Positions 11,717 through 22,715 of a stretch of DNA of 51,181 nt are shown piece after piece. The stretch comes from Nemertoderma westbladi (taxonomy: Eukaryota; Animalia; Xenacoelomorpha): NCBI GenBank assembly GCA_032718475.1, contig JAUCBJ010008214.1, positions 1-51,181 on the forward strand, given 5' to 3'. The notes beneath the pieces are model-generated. The model was not told where the DNA came from and did no database searches. It was given only the letters and a program-made list of their open reading frames with translations. The first letter of the stretch is position 1; every line of letters begins with the position of its first letter. Made by a program: the position numbers and the translations under genes.

Positions 11717-12464
11717 TCTATTTTAATATTAAATAATACAATTTCCGGGAATAAATTTAAATTCATATCCTCTCATAAATTTGAAAAATTGTCATTTTAT
11801 ACAATTTATAATATTCCCAAAATTCCATTAATTAATAGATTTTTAAATAAAATAAAATATATTAAATAGATAATTAAAGAATTACTATAAAATAGCATCC
11901 CAGATCTGTATGCATGAGAATTACTCTAATTCTACTGCTAGCTTTCCATAATGTCACCATAGCAACAACCACGCTAGAATTAGAAGCGAGATAAAAGAAC
12001 AATAAAAGCTTGCCCATTGAATAACATACGGAATAAATAGCACACTGCTAGTATCCAGGGATACATAATAATAATGTGACATTCTGGAAGGCACTTGACT
12101 AACGGACAAATGACCCGAATGTGTGACAGAATGTGTACAATTTGTGACAGTTGTGTGGAATTTGTGCGTTTATAGGTGAATGTTACTACTAAAGTGTGTT
12201 TACAGTAGCGAGTCGCAGTTGTGAAAGTAGCCCTACCTCTGTAGCAAGAACCTGAAGTAAATCTAGGCCCTTGGGACGGACAGTGGAGTGACTCGCGCTG
12301 AGTATTGTTGTCGTTGTGTAGCTACTACGTTGGCAAAAGACACAGCGGCGACAGTACATTAGCACTGAGGAGCTTGCGCTGTCCGGGGGCATTGAGGGGT
12401 AGGCAGCGAAGACCGCTAGCCTAAATATAATTGATTATAATATTAATAAACTCATATAGCAGCT

Positions 12465-13403
12465 ATGACCGCGTTGATAGAAGATGATCTTGGTATCAGG
12501 GAGCGATATACCCTACCGTTGCAAGCGTTTGTTGATAGCTTAATACGCGGCTACGCTAGTCAAACTACCATGGAGGACGATGGCCGTTATATAGAACTGC
12601 CAATGTCAAAGGAACAACTCACGCGTGAATTGGACTATAGAAAATTCACCGCTCGCTATACGCATCGTAATGGTACGTATATGGACTTCTTAACTACTGG
12701 TCATCCTATCAATTTACACGATACGGACTATGTAGATAACAAAAGGGAAATGGTTCTATTTAAATATCATACCCAGTGGAGGCAGAACGATAAACTGAGA
12801 ATCGAACATGAGAATTCTATTCGAAACCAACTCGAAAGAGAAGACGTTGAAGAGCCAGATAAACAAAGTGACTTCAACGAATATCTGGAATTCTTGAGAG
12901 AAACATATCTCAACATCGCCAGTCAACAAAATCTCGAAACTCTATATCCTCAAGGTATACATCATGACCCTATGATAGAACTCAAACGACTCTATTTCAC
13001 TATGATGTATCTTACCGCAGATCGACCGCTACCTGTTGCACCGGATAGCTTCGAACAGATGGAGGAACATTGTAAAACTGGAGAAAGATCACTCGCGTTT
13101 CCCCTACAAGACGTGCGTCTTTGGTATTATTGCGATGAATGCCCTAGACCCAACCAACAAACAGAAAGACATAAACATCCTAGGAGACGTTGCGCTAAAC
13201 GCAGTTTTACTCGCTATACTTACGGGAGTTTCGAGCGAAGCTTGTTCGACGTATCACCTACGCTCGCTCGACTCAAACGATCCTTAAATAAACCTATGAT
13301 CAGAGTTCCGGAATACTTGGTCAGACCACCTCATTCCCTAGTGAGACCTCAAACTCTTGATCCTAATGGTGTAATGAACTGCACTCACTGTTCAAAGATC
13401 TAG
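12465..13403 (+). CDS. Accessory ORF of unknown function in the env position of the BEL/Pao element (312 aa; ancestral frame probably ran to 13973)
   Basis: Open ORF with WYYCDEC...HKHPRRRC. A homologue is present at 1-1002. Broken downstream frames end in KKLRKCRSRKKD* at 13973. Confidence 0.65.
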   Translation: MTALIEDDLGIRERYTLPLQAFVDSLIRGYASQTTMEDDGRYIELPMSKEQLTRELDYRKFTARYTHRNGTYMDFLTTGHPINLHDTDYVDNKREMVLFKYHTQWRQNDKLRIEHENSIRNQLEREDVEEPDKQSDFNEYLEFLRETYLNIASQQNLETLYPQGIHHDPMIELKRLYFTMMYLTADRPLPVAPDSFEQMEEHCKTGERSLAFPLQDVRLWYYCDECPRPNQQTERHKHPRRRCAKRSFTRYTYGSFERSLFDVSPTLARLKRSLNKPMIRVPEYLVRPPHSLVRPQTLDPNGVMNCTHCSKI

Positions 13404-14051
13404 TGTTACCCGAACAATTAATCGGTGGCACTCCGGTAGTGGGCTCTCTAGATATCCGCCCATCCTACCTAGCCGGAAGGCGACATTTAATATCGCCGTT
13501 CAACCCGTATAATCGTCCCGGTTTAACCCGATACAACCTGTCACCGAGGTGGAGGAGAGCGTTGTACGAAACGCGTTAGACACTATTCGGCAAAAGATCA
13601 GAAAAGGAACCTACGCTTGTTCAGATAAACGTAAATTGCAGCAGCAAGTCCAAGCGGTAAACGAATTAGCTTTATCTCAGTTCGATCGGGAAATCCAGAA
13701 TCTCTAAGAAGTTATCAAACTTGGACGACCCTATTCTCTGCGAGAGTTTTTGGACGAACGCATCCAACGACAAGCGGAGGAAAATCAGCTCGAGGAGAAG
13801 CATATCGAAATGGACGAGACGCCGACCGTAACCTTAAACCTTCTGATGCAATTGTATTGCACCCTTCACACAGGAGTTATAGCCCTCCTAGTAAAGTGGC
13901 TCGCCCCAAAGAGAAAAGGACTCTTGCTAGCCTCAAAAAACTTCGTAAATGCCGTTCACGTAAGAAGGACTAGTAGTTTAGAGTATTCTTATATTTTAGA
14001 AACTGTGATTTTGTATATTTTATAGACTCAAATCCCTTTTTCTGGGAGCGG

Positions 14052-15239
14052 TGTAAAAGCTTTTGCGGACATAACAAGCCATTTTCTCCGCAATATACCG
14101 TGTAGGTATTTTAGCGGACATAACAAGCGATTTTTACCCGCTATGTCTGCATGTGTGCTTTAGCGGACATAACAAGCCATTTTTGCCGCAATGCGCATAA
14201 TACTCTAAAGACTGGAACTCAGATGACGACATCTATCAGCTGATTTACTGTCGACGTATAGCTTTTGGTTCTTTGTTCGGCTCAGCCAATTCAGCCAATC
14301 AGAGCGATTTGCATTTTATGTGTGCTTCAGCCCTATGTAAACCGTCCTATGCATGTCATGTCAGTGTGTGTGTTTATGTTTTCCAAGCAGCAGAACACCG
14401 GCTTGGAAATCTTCTGTGCTTCTGTAGAAGTTTCAGACTTTGGCCAGAACATTAGATGGCTTGGATTATCGAAACGTAAAACTATTACCAAACTGAGCAT
14501 ACTGCATACTGATGGCCATACTCAATGCACTACGATTTGCATAAGTAACATATACTGATTGTTCGCCGCATTATTTTACTGTTGGTTATAATTGTTATAT
14601 ATGTTGATGGATATATTGTTATATTTGGAGAATACTGATAAAGAATCCTAAAACCCCAATCTTCTTGATTACTGAAGGTGAGAGGACAGGTTACCGGTAG
14701 CAATTGCAACTTACATTATAGTAGTTTTGTGTGAATTAAATGCTATTTCACAATCCCTACATGTGTCAGTTGCTATCCTCCTTATATATGATCAAATTCA
14801 GTGACTGTCGGCAGATCAGTGTGAAGTAGTGTGAAGTCGTGTGAGGTAGTGTGATTGGTAATAAAGCATGTCCTAAAGAATGCGCCTTTTACGAAACTCA
14901 GTAGCCATCTAGTTGTGATTAGTATAAGTCATAACTCTGTTTTATACTTAAAGCGCCATGTCCTAAAGGAACTGTTAATATTTTCCCGAAAGTAAATATA
15001 TTGTCAGAGATTATATAGTAACGATCAATCGAATAATACAGTAGGTCTACAACGCAATAATAAGTCCAAGCTCTCGAATCCAGTCTCCCTTAACAGTGGG
15101 TGAATGGTCGCGCATAGACTGGCTTCGGCTAATGTTATTTCAGTGTAATAAATAATTTTTATCGGCTAAAGTCGATTTATAAATTAGAAGGCACCTAAAA
15201 TTGGCAGGTTAAACTGCTAAAGGTCTAAAAGCGCGAACA
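14052..15239 (+). repeat. 3' LTR of BEL/Pao copy 2
   Basis: GGGAGCGG then TGTAAAAGCTTTTG ... GCGCGAACA. Homologous to 1081-2277 at both ends. Confidence 0.8.
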
Positions 15240-15703
15240 GCCTCTTACTTAGGACTTTCTGGGCCTCACCCAAAATTCATGATTGTGAAAATTGCATATT
15301 GGTGGGTCTGGGTGCATTCAATTCATTCATTCATTCTCTTTTATTAATAAAATTTCAGAAGATTTCAAAAACACAACAAAAGAAATAAAATATAGGAATA
15401 AACATAATATAAGTTGTACTGTACTGGCACCATAGGCACCTGGCCCCCTTCAAGGAGGTTAGTTGCTCTTTGCGTAGGAGTTTCACCTCTTGGCGGAGCG
15501 GAGGGTTTCTACTTGATCAGTTAGAGATTTTATAGTGTTAATTACGTCGCCATCAGAACTTAGTGCGGGGGTTTTGGATTTTGGACCCGTGGTCTGATAA
15601 GAGGGTTGAAAGAAAGGAGTGTCAACGGAGACGAAGTGGGATTTGGGAGAACAATGGGTACCGTGAACGTAGTCAAGTCATCTGACAGTACTGCAGTAGG
15701 AAG

Positions 15704-16223
15704 GGTGCTTAGATCATGGCTTTTCCAGTTAACATTATTCCATTTTATATAAAACAAGTGATGTGGTTGGAGAAACCTGCTAGGGGCTGCTACTAGCTGA
15801 TTATCAGACTGTATTAATAGTATTAGTATTATGTACCGGTATTGGCTTTAGCTATTATTACTGTGGCTTCAATTCTTAATAATTTGATTTGCTGTACTGT
15901 ACCTTAACCTTCTGTTCGGCCTGACGCCTGACTGCTTTCCTTTCGGTATTCGGTATAACGTGTATAATGAAACAGACAAGGCTTCAAAGGGAGGGTGATA
16001 ATAATGAATACAGATCGGGATCCTGAGATATGGAATAATGGTAACCTGAACTTTTTCATGTTAGCAATATTCCATTCCCATTGACTCTGTGTTAAACAGT
16101 AACGTTGACGTGATTGGTTGTTGTTTCGTCAGTTTGTAGCAGTTTTCTCCAACCACATTACAGCATTACTTGTTTTATATAAAATGGAATAATGTAAACT
16201 GCAAAAGCCACGATCTAAGCACC
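15704..16223. mobile_element. Foldback/MITE-like element with ~80-bp imperfect inverted repeats
   Basis: 15704-15782 (GGTGCTTAGATCATGGCTTTT...CATTATTCCATTTTATATAAAACAAGT...TGGTTGGAGAAA) is the reverse complement of 16137-16223. Confidence 0.65.
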
Positions 16224-16899
16224 AGTCTGCAGTAGGTAGTGAGTTAGTTAGGCCTAGCTGTATTGCTGACGGTACATATCTCTGTAGGCCTACTGTATTC
16301 TCAGTCATAGGGAACACAATCAATGTTTCTGATATTTGGCATGCAGGTGGTACCTGAATTATTTATAATTTGATTAAACTGAGGCCGATGTATCGGCGAA
16401 TGTTTATACAATAGTAAATATTATTATACTGATCCGTATGTAGGACCGTGAACATGAACAACCCTCCGTGCTTAATCCGTGCATCCCCAATAGTCTTTAT
16501 CAACCAATCAGTGAAGATCATCCCATCATCCCCTTTAATAAAGATTACACAAAACCTTACTTTGCAGTTTTCAATTTCTGATTAAAATGATGCTGCGTGG
16601 ACTTTAAGATGAATTATTATTTCATTTCTGCGTTTATATGTCATTTTGTAGGATGCACTGAATAAAGTAGGCTTCAGTAGGCCTACAGTTGTACTGGTGC
16701 ATATTTATGTTGAAAATGACATTTCTGAACGAATTAGTATCTGCATCTGTAAATCGAAATAAGCGCTAAAAAACATTTAATAAGGAGAAATTTAAAAAAT
16801 TATAAATCTTCATATATAAAATTTCAATAAAACCTGGTCTTCTTCACATTATTAATAATAATTATTCTATTAATTATTTTCGTGCAAGATCTTAGTTGC

Positions 16900-17673
16900 T
16901 CGAATGTATTTACTGTGGAATATTGAATTATTGAATTTTTTTAAAACGTTTCAAAAGGTTATCTTAAGTTTGTAAAAAAAACTAAATAATTAACGTTTTG
17001 CTGAAAAATTTCTAAAAAAAATTTTATTTTGCTAAAAAAATTACTCGAATTTATTTACGGTGCGGTGGAATATTGAATTATAAATTTTTTTTAAAAACGT
17101 TTAAAAAGGTTATTTAAGTTTGTAAAAAAACTAAAAAAATAACGTTTTGCTAAAAACATTTATATTTTGCTAAAAAAAATTACGTTTTGCTAAAAAAAAT
17201 TAATGTTTTGCTAAAAAAATTAATGTTTTGTAAAATAAATTAATGTTTTGTAAAAAAAAATTAATGTTTTGCTAAAAAAATTAATGTTTTGTAAAATAAA
17301 TTAATGTTTTGTAAAAAAAAATTAATTAAATTTCGAGGGAACGCGGCCTCGCCTGTGTCTTGGGTGGAGTTCGGAGGCGCCTCCAGATTTCCTTACTCCG
17401 TTCCAACTCCCTCTGTCTACGCGGTGGTCGTCGGCCGTGGCGGGGTCTAGGATTTGGGGATGGCGCAGGTTTACGGGGATCTGACCTACCGGATCGGTAT
17501 TGATCTCTCCCCCACTTGGTGCTGGGCCCTTTAGAGTGGTGCAATTTGTATTTTGTGCTATAAGGCTAATATATTTCTTAGTAGTTATTAAAAACTACAA
17601 TAGAATGGCGTAAAAAAAAATTAATGTTTTGCTAAAAAAATTAATGTTTTGTAAAATAAATTAATGTTTTGCT
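16900..17673. repeat. AT-rich tandem array: a ~150-bp duplication plus ~20-bp TTAATGTTTTGCTAAAAAAA units, interrupted by an insertion at ~17326-17609
   Basis: Units are directly visible at 17130-17325 and 17610-17673. Confidence 0.85.
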
Positions 17674-17723
17674 ATAACGGGTCGAATAAAAGGTTTCAAA
17701 TCGAACGGTTACCCGAAATAGTG

Positions 17724-19313
17724 CTATTCTTGCGGAGCCTTCTTCTGGCTATGAACTTCTTCTACAGTAGACATATGAAGAAAATACTCCGACTGAGAAA
17801 CGAAGTGTTTATTTAGAATATTTGCTATTAATGAGCTATCACTGGATACTTTATCAGGTGATCCGCTATTTATTTTCAGAGGAGCCGAGAGGTTTTTTGA
17901 TCGATGTAACACGAGTTTAATTGTTTTCCAAGGTTTTTTACTGTTATTTTTTTCAAATTGTGTTTTATAATATTCTTTCTCGGCTATTCTAAGGGTTTTT
18001 GTTAGCTGATTCCTGTAAGCTATTGTATTCAGTCTGTTTTTGTTAATTGGGTTTTGCCATAAAGGAAGCAAATTAGTTATTTTTTTTTAATTACGCATTT
18101 AACTAAATTTGGAGTCATCCATTATTTTTTGGGAACGTATTTTTGATTTATTACTTTTTTTTATTAAGTGTTTTGAGCACAGCGAATCGAAATTCTCATA
18201 AAATGTTGCAAATTTCGATTCGTTTGGGATTGATTCGCTCTCATAGGTCCAGCTGCAGGGATTTTGTAAATCGGATAGGAATTTTTCTTTATTTAATTGA
18301 TTAAACGCGTATGTCAAGTAGCAGTCAAAGTCATTGATTAAAATAAAAGTAGCCAAGTGATCCGTGGTTCCAAAATCAGATAGAAAAACGCCTGCCGAAA
18401 TAAACTTATCGGTAATGTTTGTGGATATGTGATCAATGAGAGTTTTAGAGTATAAAGTTGTTCGAGTGGGTTGCTTGATTACCTGTTGGAAGCCGTTCAG
18501 GTCTACGTATCAGGTTCTAGGTACGTATCAGGTCTATATATATACAGTACCTACTAGTAATGGTTTACGGGTTATTGAGTTAGCGCCATCTGGTTTAAGT
18601 AGAATCCAAGTTGATTCGCATCCCTCTAATAAGTAGTCGTTCTGAATAGAGTATTGTAGGCCATGTTTGATATAGATAGCAGTCCCAACCCTGTCCAACT
18701 TTCCGCAATGTCTATTAGTAATTAGAGGTCCAATGTATCCTTCGAGTTTAACTAGGGAAAGTTCTATGTCGTCCGTTAGAAATGTTTCAGAAAATGAAAG
18801 TATGTCGAACTGTTTATTTAGAAGGTCCAAGTGATTGGTAGTATCTTGTAAATTTTTTCGCAGGCTTCGGCAGTTTAAATGGAAGACAGATAAATATTTT
18901 TTATTTTGAACTGATTGGTCTAAGAGATTGTTGAAGGATTCATGGTCGAAGTAATCAGAGCAGTTAATAGTGGAGATTAGGTTACTGTCAGGGTCTATGG
19001 AGAGAAAGTGGTTGTTGGTTGTTGTAAGGTCGGAATTGTCTGTGCTATCGTCTTTAGTGAGAAATATATCGGTATCCGTGGTAGGTGTATTAATAAACGG
19101 GAATAGTTCAGAGTAGCAGTAAATATAGTAGACTGATGCTGATGCAGTAGATGCATTAATATTTAGCTTTAGCTCAGTTAATTCAACTTAGGTCCCGCAC
19201 TGAAAATGGTACAACTCATTGCAAATTAAACATTTCAATGTTACATCAGAGGAGGATACTATCGAGTAGGAAAAGGCACACGGGAGGGGATGGTTTATGG
19301 ATGAACGGGACAT
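17724..19313 (-). pseudogene. LINE ORF2 5' half (PHD finger plus AP endonuclease), CR1 group, Crack/Daphne/L2-like
   Basis: ATG at 19313, degenerate PHD (KCLICNELYHFQC...CYSELFPF), then IDPDSN, FHLNCRSL, ILSFSETFL, QPTR..TLIDHI and TDH motifs. Many stops; RT is absent. Confidence 0.85.
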
Positions 19314-19832
19314 GTAGGTTATTTATTTGGGGGGGGGGGGGGGGGGGATTAAGGAAAAAAAGGGGGGGGGGGGATTAAAGAAAAAGGGGGGGGGGGCAAC
19401 TTATAACCTAACCTAAGATAGAATTAACTAATGATTCGTACACTAATGATACACAGTAACCTCAATTATACTGACTTGTTGCTCCTGTATTATACATAGA
19501 AAATATCCCTACTGCTACAACAGCTATTACAATTATTAAAGATTTTACGCAATTAACAACATATACATCAGACTGATTAATTTTACTATCGTAGTTGAGC
19601 ACAAAATACTGTACAGTACATCTGACTGCTTTACTTATTATTCTTTACCTATTACCAATACCGTTATGTTTACCTATAAACTACGAACAGCAATTCCGTA
19701 TTACCATAATGTTTATGTATATATACCGGTATTCACTTTCACTTTAATTCCACAATGTACAATAACAATAGTGTTAATGTTATTTAAAAATTTCTCAATA
19801 CTAAAATTATTTTATTCCAAAACACAATTTAC

Positions 19833-21233
19833 TCAACCAAAATGTTGGCCATGGCAGATCTGGCAATCTTCACTTTCTTCACTGTTTCCAGATATATCAC
19901 TAACAGTAACCGCCTTACCAGGCGTGACCTTCGGGCCTCTTTTCTTTGATGCCACTTCAACTGGGCGAACATGATCCCGCAGTAGATCGGCAACAGTGTC
20001 GCCAAACGCCTCTCTCACGGATGGTTCGTCTTGTGGTGCCTGGGGGGAAATTCGCTTTAGAACTTGGGAGTTGTCCCTTGGATAAATCCCAGCTCCCTTG
20101 AATCCTGCTGTCAGGTTCTTTCCATGTTCCTCCATGTTGGTATGCAGCCTTTTTAATAATGATGGCATAATTGACTTTGGTATAGCTTGCTGGATCCGTG
20201 TTTCCTTCCTCCAATTTCCCAATATCTTCCTCCAGACACGCTTTGCAGGTCCAAATACGGCCACATCTAGTGGTTGGAGAAGGTGGCTCGCATTAGGAAC
20301 AAAGGATATGAACGTGATATTATTTTCTTCACAAGCTTCTAAAACCCTCACACTGAAGTGACTTGCAAGGTTGTCACCCAATAGAACTTTCTTCCCTGCT
20401 GTTTTCTTCGCATGTGGCAGGAATGCTTCGAAAAACCACAGTTCAAACAACTCTCCATTGAACCATCCTGACTTTGAGTTCCCATATACAGTTTCTGCTG
20501 GACCATGCAAGGTCCATTCATTGTACAGGTGTTCGGATTTAAACACAATCATTGGCGGAACATATTCACCTTTTGCATTGCCGCAAAACATTAGACTTGT
20601 GGATGATTTTGAGTGGGCCATTTTCGACTCCACTCTCCTCAGCCCACGGCGAACTATGGTAGCTTTAGAACCAGGGTTATCTGCTATATTTGTTTCGTCG
20701 TAGTTGAAGATACATTCAGGTGGTGTATCGGAAGGAACAGTGTTGTCATAGTGCATGAAGAAGTCGTCGATGTCCTTGGCTGATATGTTGGCCCTAGAAG
20801 GCTTCACATTGGCGCAAATACGTTGGGTTAGGTTGTGTCGTTTAATAAACATGCTCATCCAATCTTTCCCGGGAATGTTTTCAGTAAAACGCGTAGTTCT
20901 CCCTTGTCTGTTCAAGTAGCTTTGGACCATGACACGGATGTCGAATGGGGTCATTGGGATCTTCCAATCTGTCATCTTATTGATAATCATTAAGATGGTT
21001 CTTTCTTCTAAATTCGTTAGAACGCGCTGCCCCCCATGCTTCCGTGCAGCAGTGGCACTGTAAGTCGGTCGACTTTTTTTATATAGCGTTCCATATGGGA
21101 TCTTAAATCTTTTTGAAGCTTCTAAGACATTTAACTTCCCTGTGATAACCAAGGTAATAGCGCTAATCAGACTTTCTTTGGAATATCCAGTGCAGTAATG
21201 TCGACTACCTGGTTTGCGATTATATTTCCCCAT
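19833..21233 (-). CDS. pogo/Tigger-group DDE transposase (HTH_psq-like, CENP-B-type HTH, DDE_1), 466 aa
   Basis: ASKRFKIPYGTL, PGKDWMSMFIKRH, IFNYDET, LLGDNLASH and LLQPLDVAVFGP motifs in an uninterrupted ORF. Confidence 0.92.
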   Translation of the reverse strand: MGKYNRKPGSRHYCTGYSKESLISAITLVITGKLNVLEASKRFKIPYGTLYKKSRPTYSATAARKHGGQRVLTNLEERTILMIINKMTDWKIPMTPFDIRVMVQSYLNRQGRTTRFTENIPGKDWMSMFIKRHNLTQRICANVKPSRANISAKDIDDFFMHYDNTVPSDTPPECIFNYDETNIADNPGSKATIVRRGLRRVESKMAHSKSSTSLMFCGNAKGEYVPPMIVFKSEHLYNEWTLHGPAETVYGNSKSGWFNGELFELWFFEAFLPHAKKTAGKKVLLGDNLASHFSVRVLEACEENNITFISFVPNASHLLQPLDVAVFGPAKRVWRKILGNWRKETRIQQAIPKSIMPSLLKRLHTNMEEHGKNLTAGFKGAGIYPRDNSQVLKRISPQAPQDEPSVREAFGDTVADLLRDHVRPVEVASKKRGPKVTPGKAVTVSDISGNSEESEDCQICHGQHFG

Positions 21234-21420
21234 AACGGTATAACATTAGCGATTACCGGTACCGGTAGCTATTAACTAATATATTAAAAAACACAAAACA
21301 GCTAGTCAAAAGCATCAAAACATGGCCTACAGTGCTACAATACCTAATGTACCAGTATTTCTTTCCGGCACTGCTGTATAGTATGAATGCTGGATTCATA
21401 AAACAGTAATCGGGATAATT

Positions 21421-21481
21421 ATCATAGTCAACCAAAAAATATCATAGTCACCCCCACTATCAAAGTCACCCGCACTGATGG
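21421..21481 (-). repeat. 5' terminal inverted repeat of the pogo-like element with TA target site
   Basis: Minus strand reads TA-CCATCAGTGCGGGTGACTTTGATAGTGGGGGTGACTATGAT with three TGACT(T/A)TGAT motifs. The partner TIR was not found. Confidence 0.65.
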
Positions 21482-21599
21482 TAATTGTTGTTATTCGTTT
21501 ATATCGTTGTCACTCTCGCTTTTACGGTCGCTTTCACTATCCCCACTCTCTACAGATATGATCGAGTCAAACTGGTTGCCTAGAGGTGTGGTGCAGCGA

Positions 21600-22560
21600 T
21601 ATGCGGGTCGATATAGCGTTGAGATAGGATGCTGATGCTTACATCATCATACTGAACATACTCGTTCGATTCTTGTCTTTCCTGTTGGGCTTAGGGATGG
21701 TTAGATGTTACGAATCGGCCACGTTTGGGGGGGGGGGGGGGGGGGGCAACAGAGCGGCGGACATTTGCAGCTTGATCATTGTTGGATTCGTCCGATTGCG
21801 AGAGTCTGAGAGTAGCGTTGAAAAGTCCCCAATACTACGAATATCGAAGGGGTTACCGTTCTTAACCAAACGCACCGTCACCACACCATTAAACGAATAG
21901 GCAGCAAAGAGAGGCCTTCCAGCCTTCCAACTTATATTTCTGAGCTACACGTAGGATAGCCATGCGGGAAGCAGTTAGATGATCCGTAACATATACGCCA
22001 GTCGGAAGGTTTTTTGAGTTAGTAAACACCGAATATCTCGTTGAATGGCCAAGGAAACGCACCACAATGGTCCGAGATTTAGCCACTTTCCCAGAGGTCA
22101 CTAAAATTTTCTAAGCAATGCTGCAATGCGATGCATAGCATCTATTTGATCCGCGTGAACACCAACGAGACTTAGGAGTCGAACGATCGTTTCACGATCA
22201 TTCTCCACTGACTCCTCTGGAATACCATGGAATAATAAACTGTTCCGACGGATGTATTGATTCAGGTCATCTATTGATTGGGCTTGAATACAAACCTCCT
22301 TACGGAGAGCAGCATTTTCTTCCCGCAGTGCAGCAGTGTATTGTTTTCTTTTATAAGTGCTGGGATTTTATCAAGTTGAGATTGAAAAGATTTAATAAAC
22401 GAAATATCTTTGTCCAGAACGTTGAATGTAAATATGAGTTCTGGAATTCGATTACAGTATTGTTAGGGGCAGGTACCCGTACTGCCGTAGGCCTATCTTA
22501 TCAAAATCAATGCGGCCTGGGGTTAAGAGCGTGCCAGTAGCACTGCAGCATTCATTATAC
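21600..22560 (-). pseudogene. LINE ORF1 (coiled coil plus RRM-type), probably the same element as 17724-19313
   Basis: DDLNQYIRRNSLLFHGIPE...IDAMHRI...RTIVVRF...VYVTDHLT is typical of L2/Crack ORF1. Same strand, upstream of ORF2. Boundaries approximate. Confidence 0.75.
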
Positions 22561-22715
22561 GCATACGGCCTGTCAGAACACATGAATGTTACATAACCCA
22601 TGACGCCGGGAGCGCTGGAGGTGATATAGGTATTTCGCAGATTTACCTCAGGCAGTCAGGATTGCAAGATGTCATTAGTCTGGTACAGTGGTAGTTCCTG
22701 CAGTAAGTACAGCAG

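Larger units (their letters stand above)
7690..15239 (+). mobile_element. BEL/Pao LTR retrotransposon copy 2 (5'-truncated, pol internally deleted, with extra 3' ORF and 3' LTR)
   Basis: Order is gag, protease, RNase H tail, non-coding region, extra ORF, PPT, LTR. No 5' LTR is visible upstream. Start is approximate. Confidence 0.85.

Noticed and set aside
1081-15239. One full-length element bounded by LTR1 and LTR2
   Set aside because: Both LTRs are preceded by a PPT and the same internal 3' region, so both are 3' LTRs of separate diverged copies. No PBS follows LTR1.
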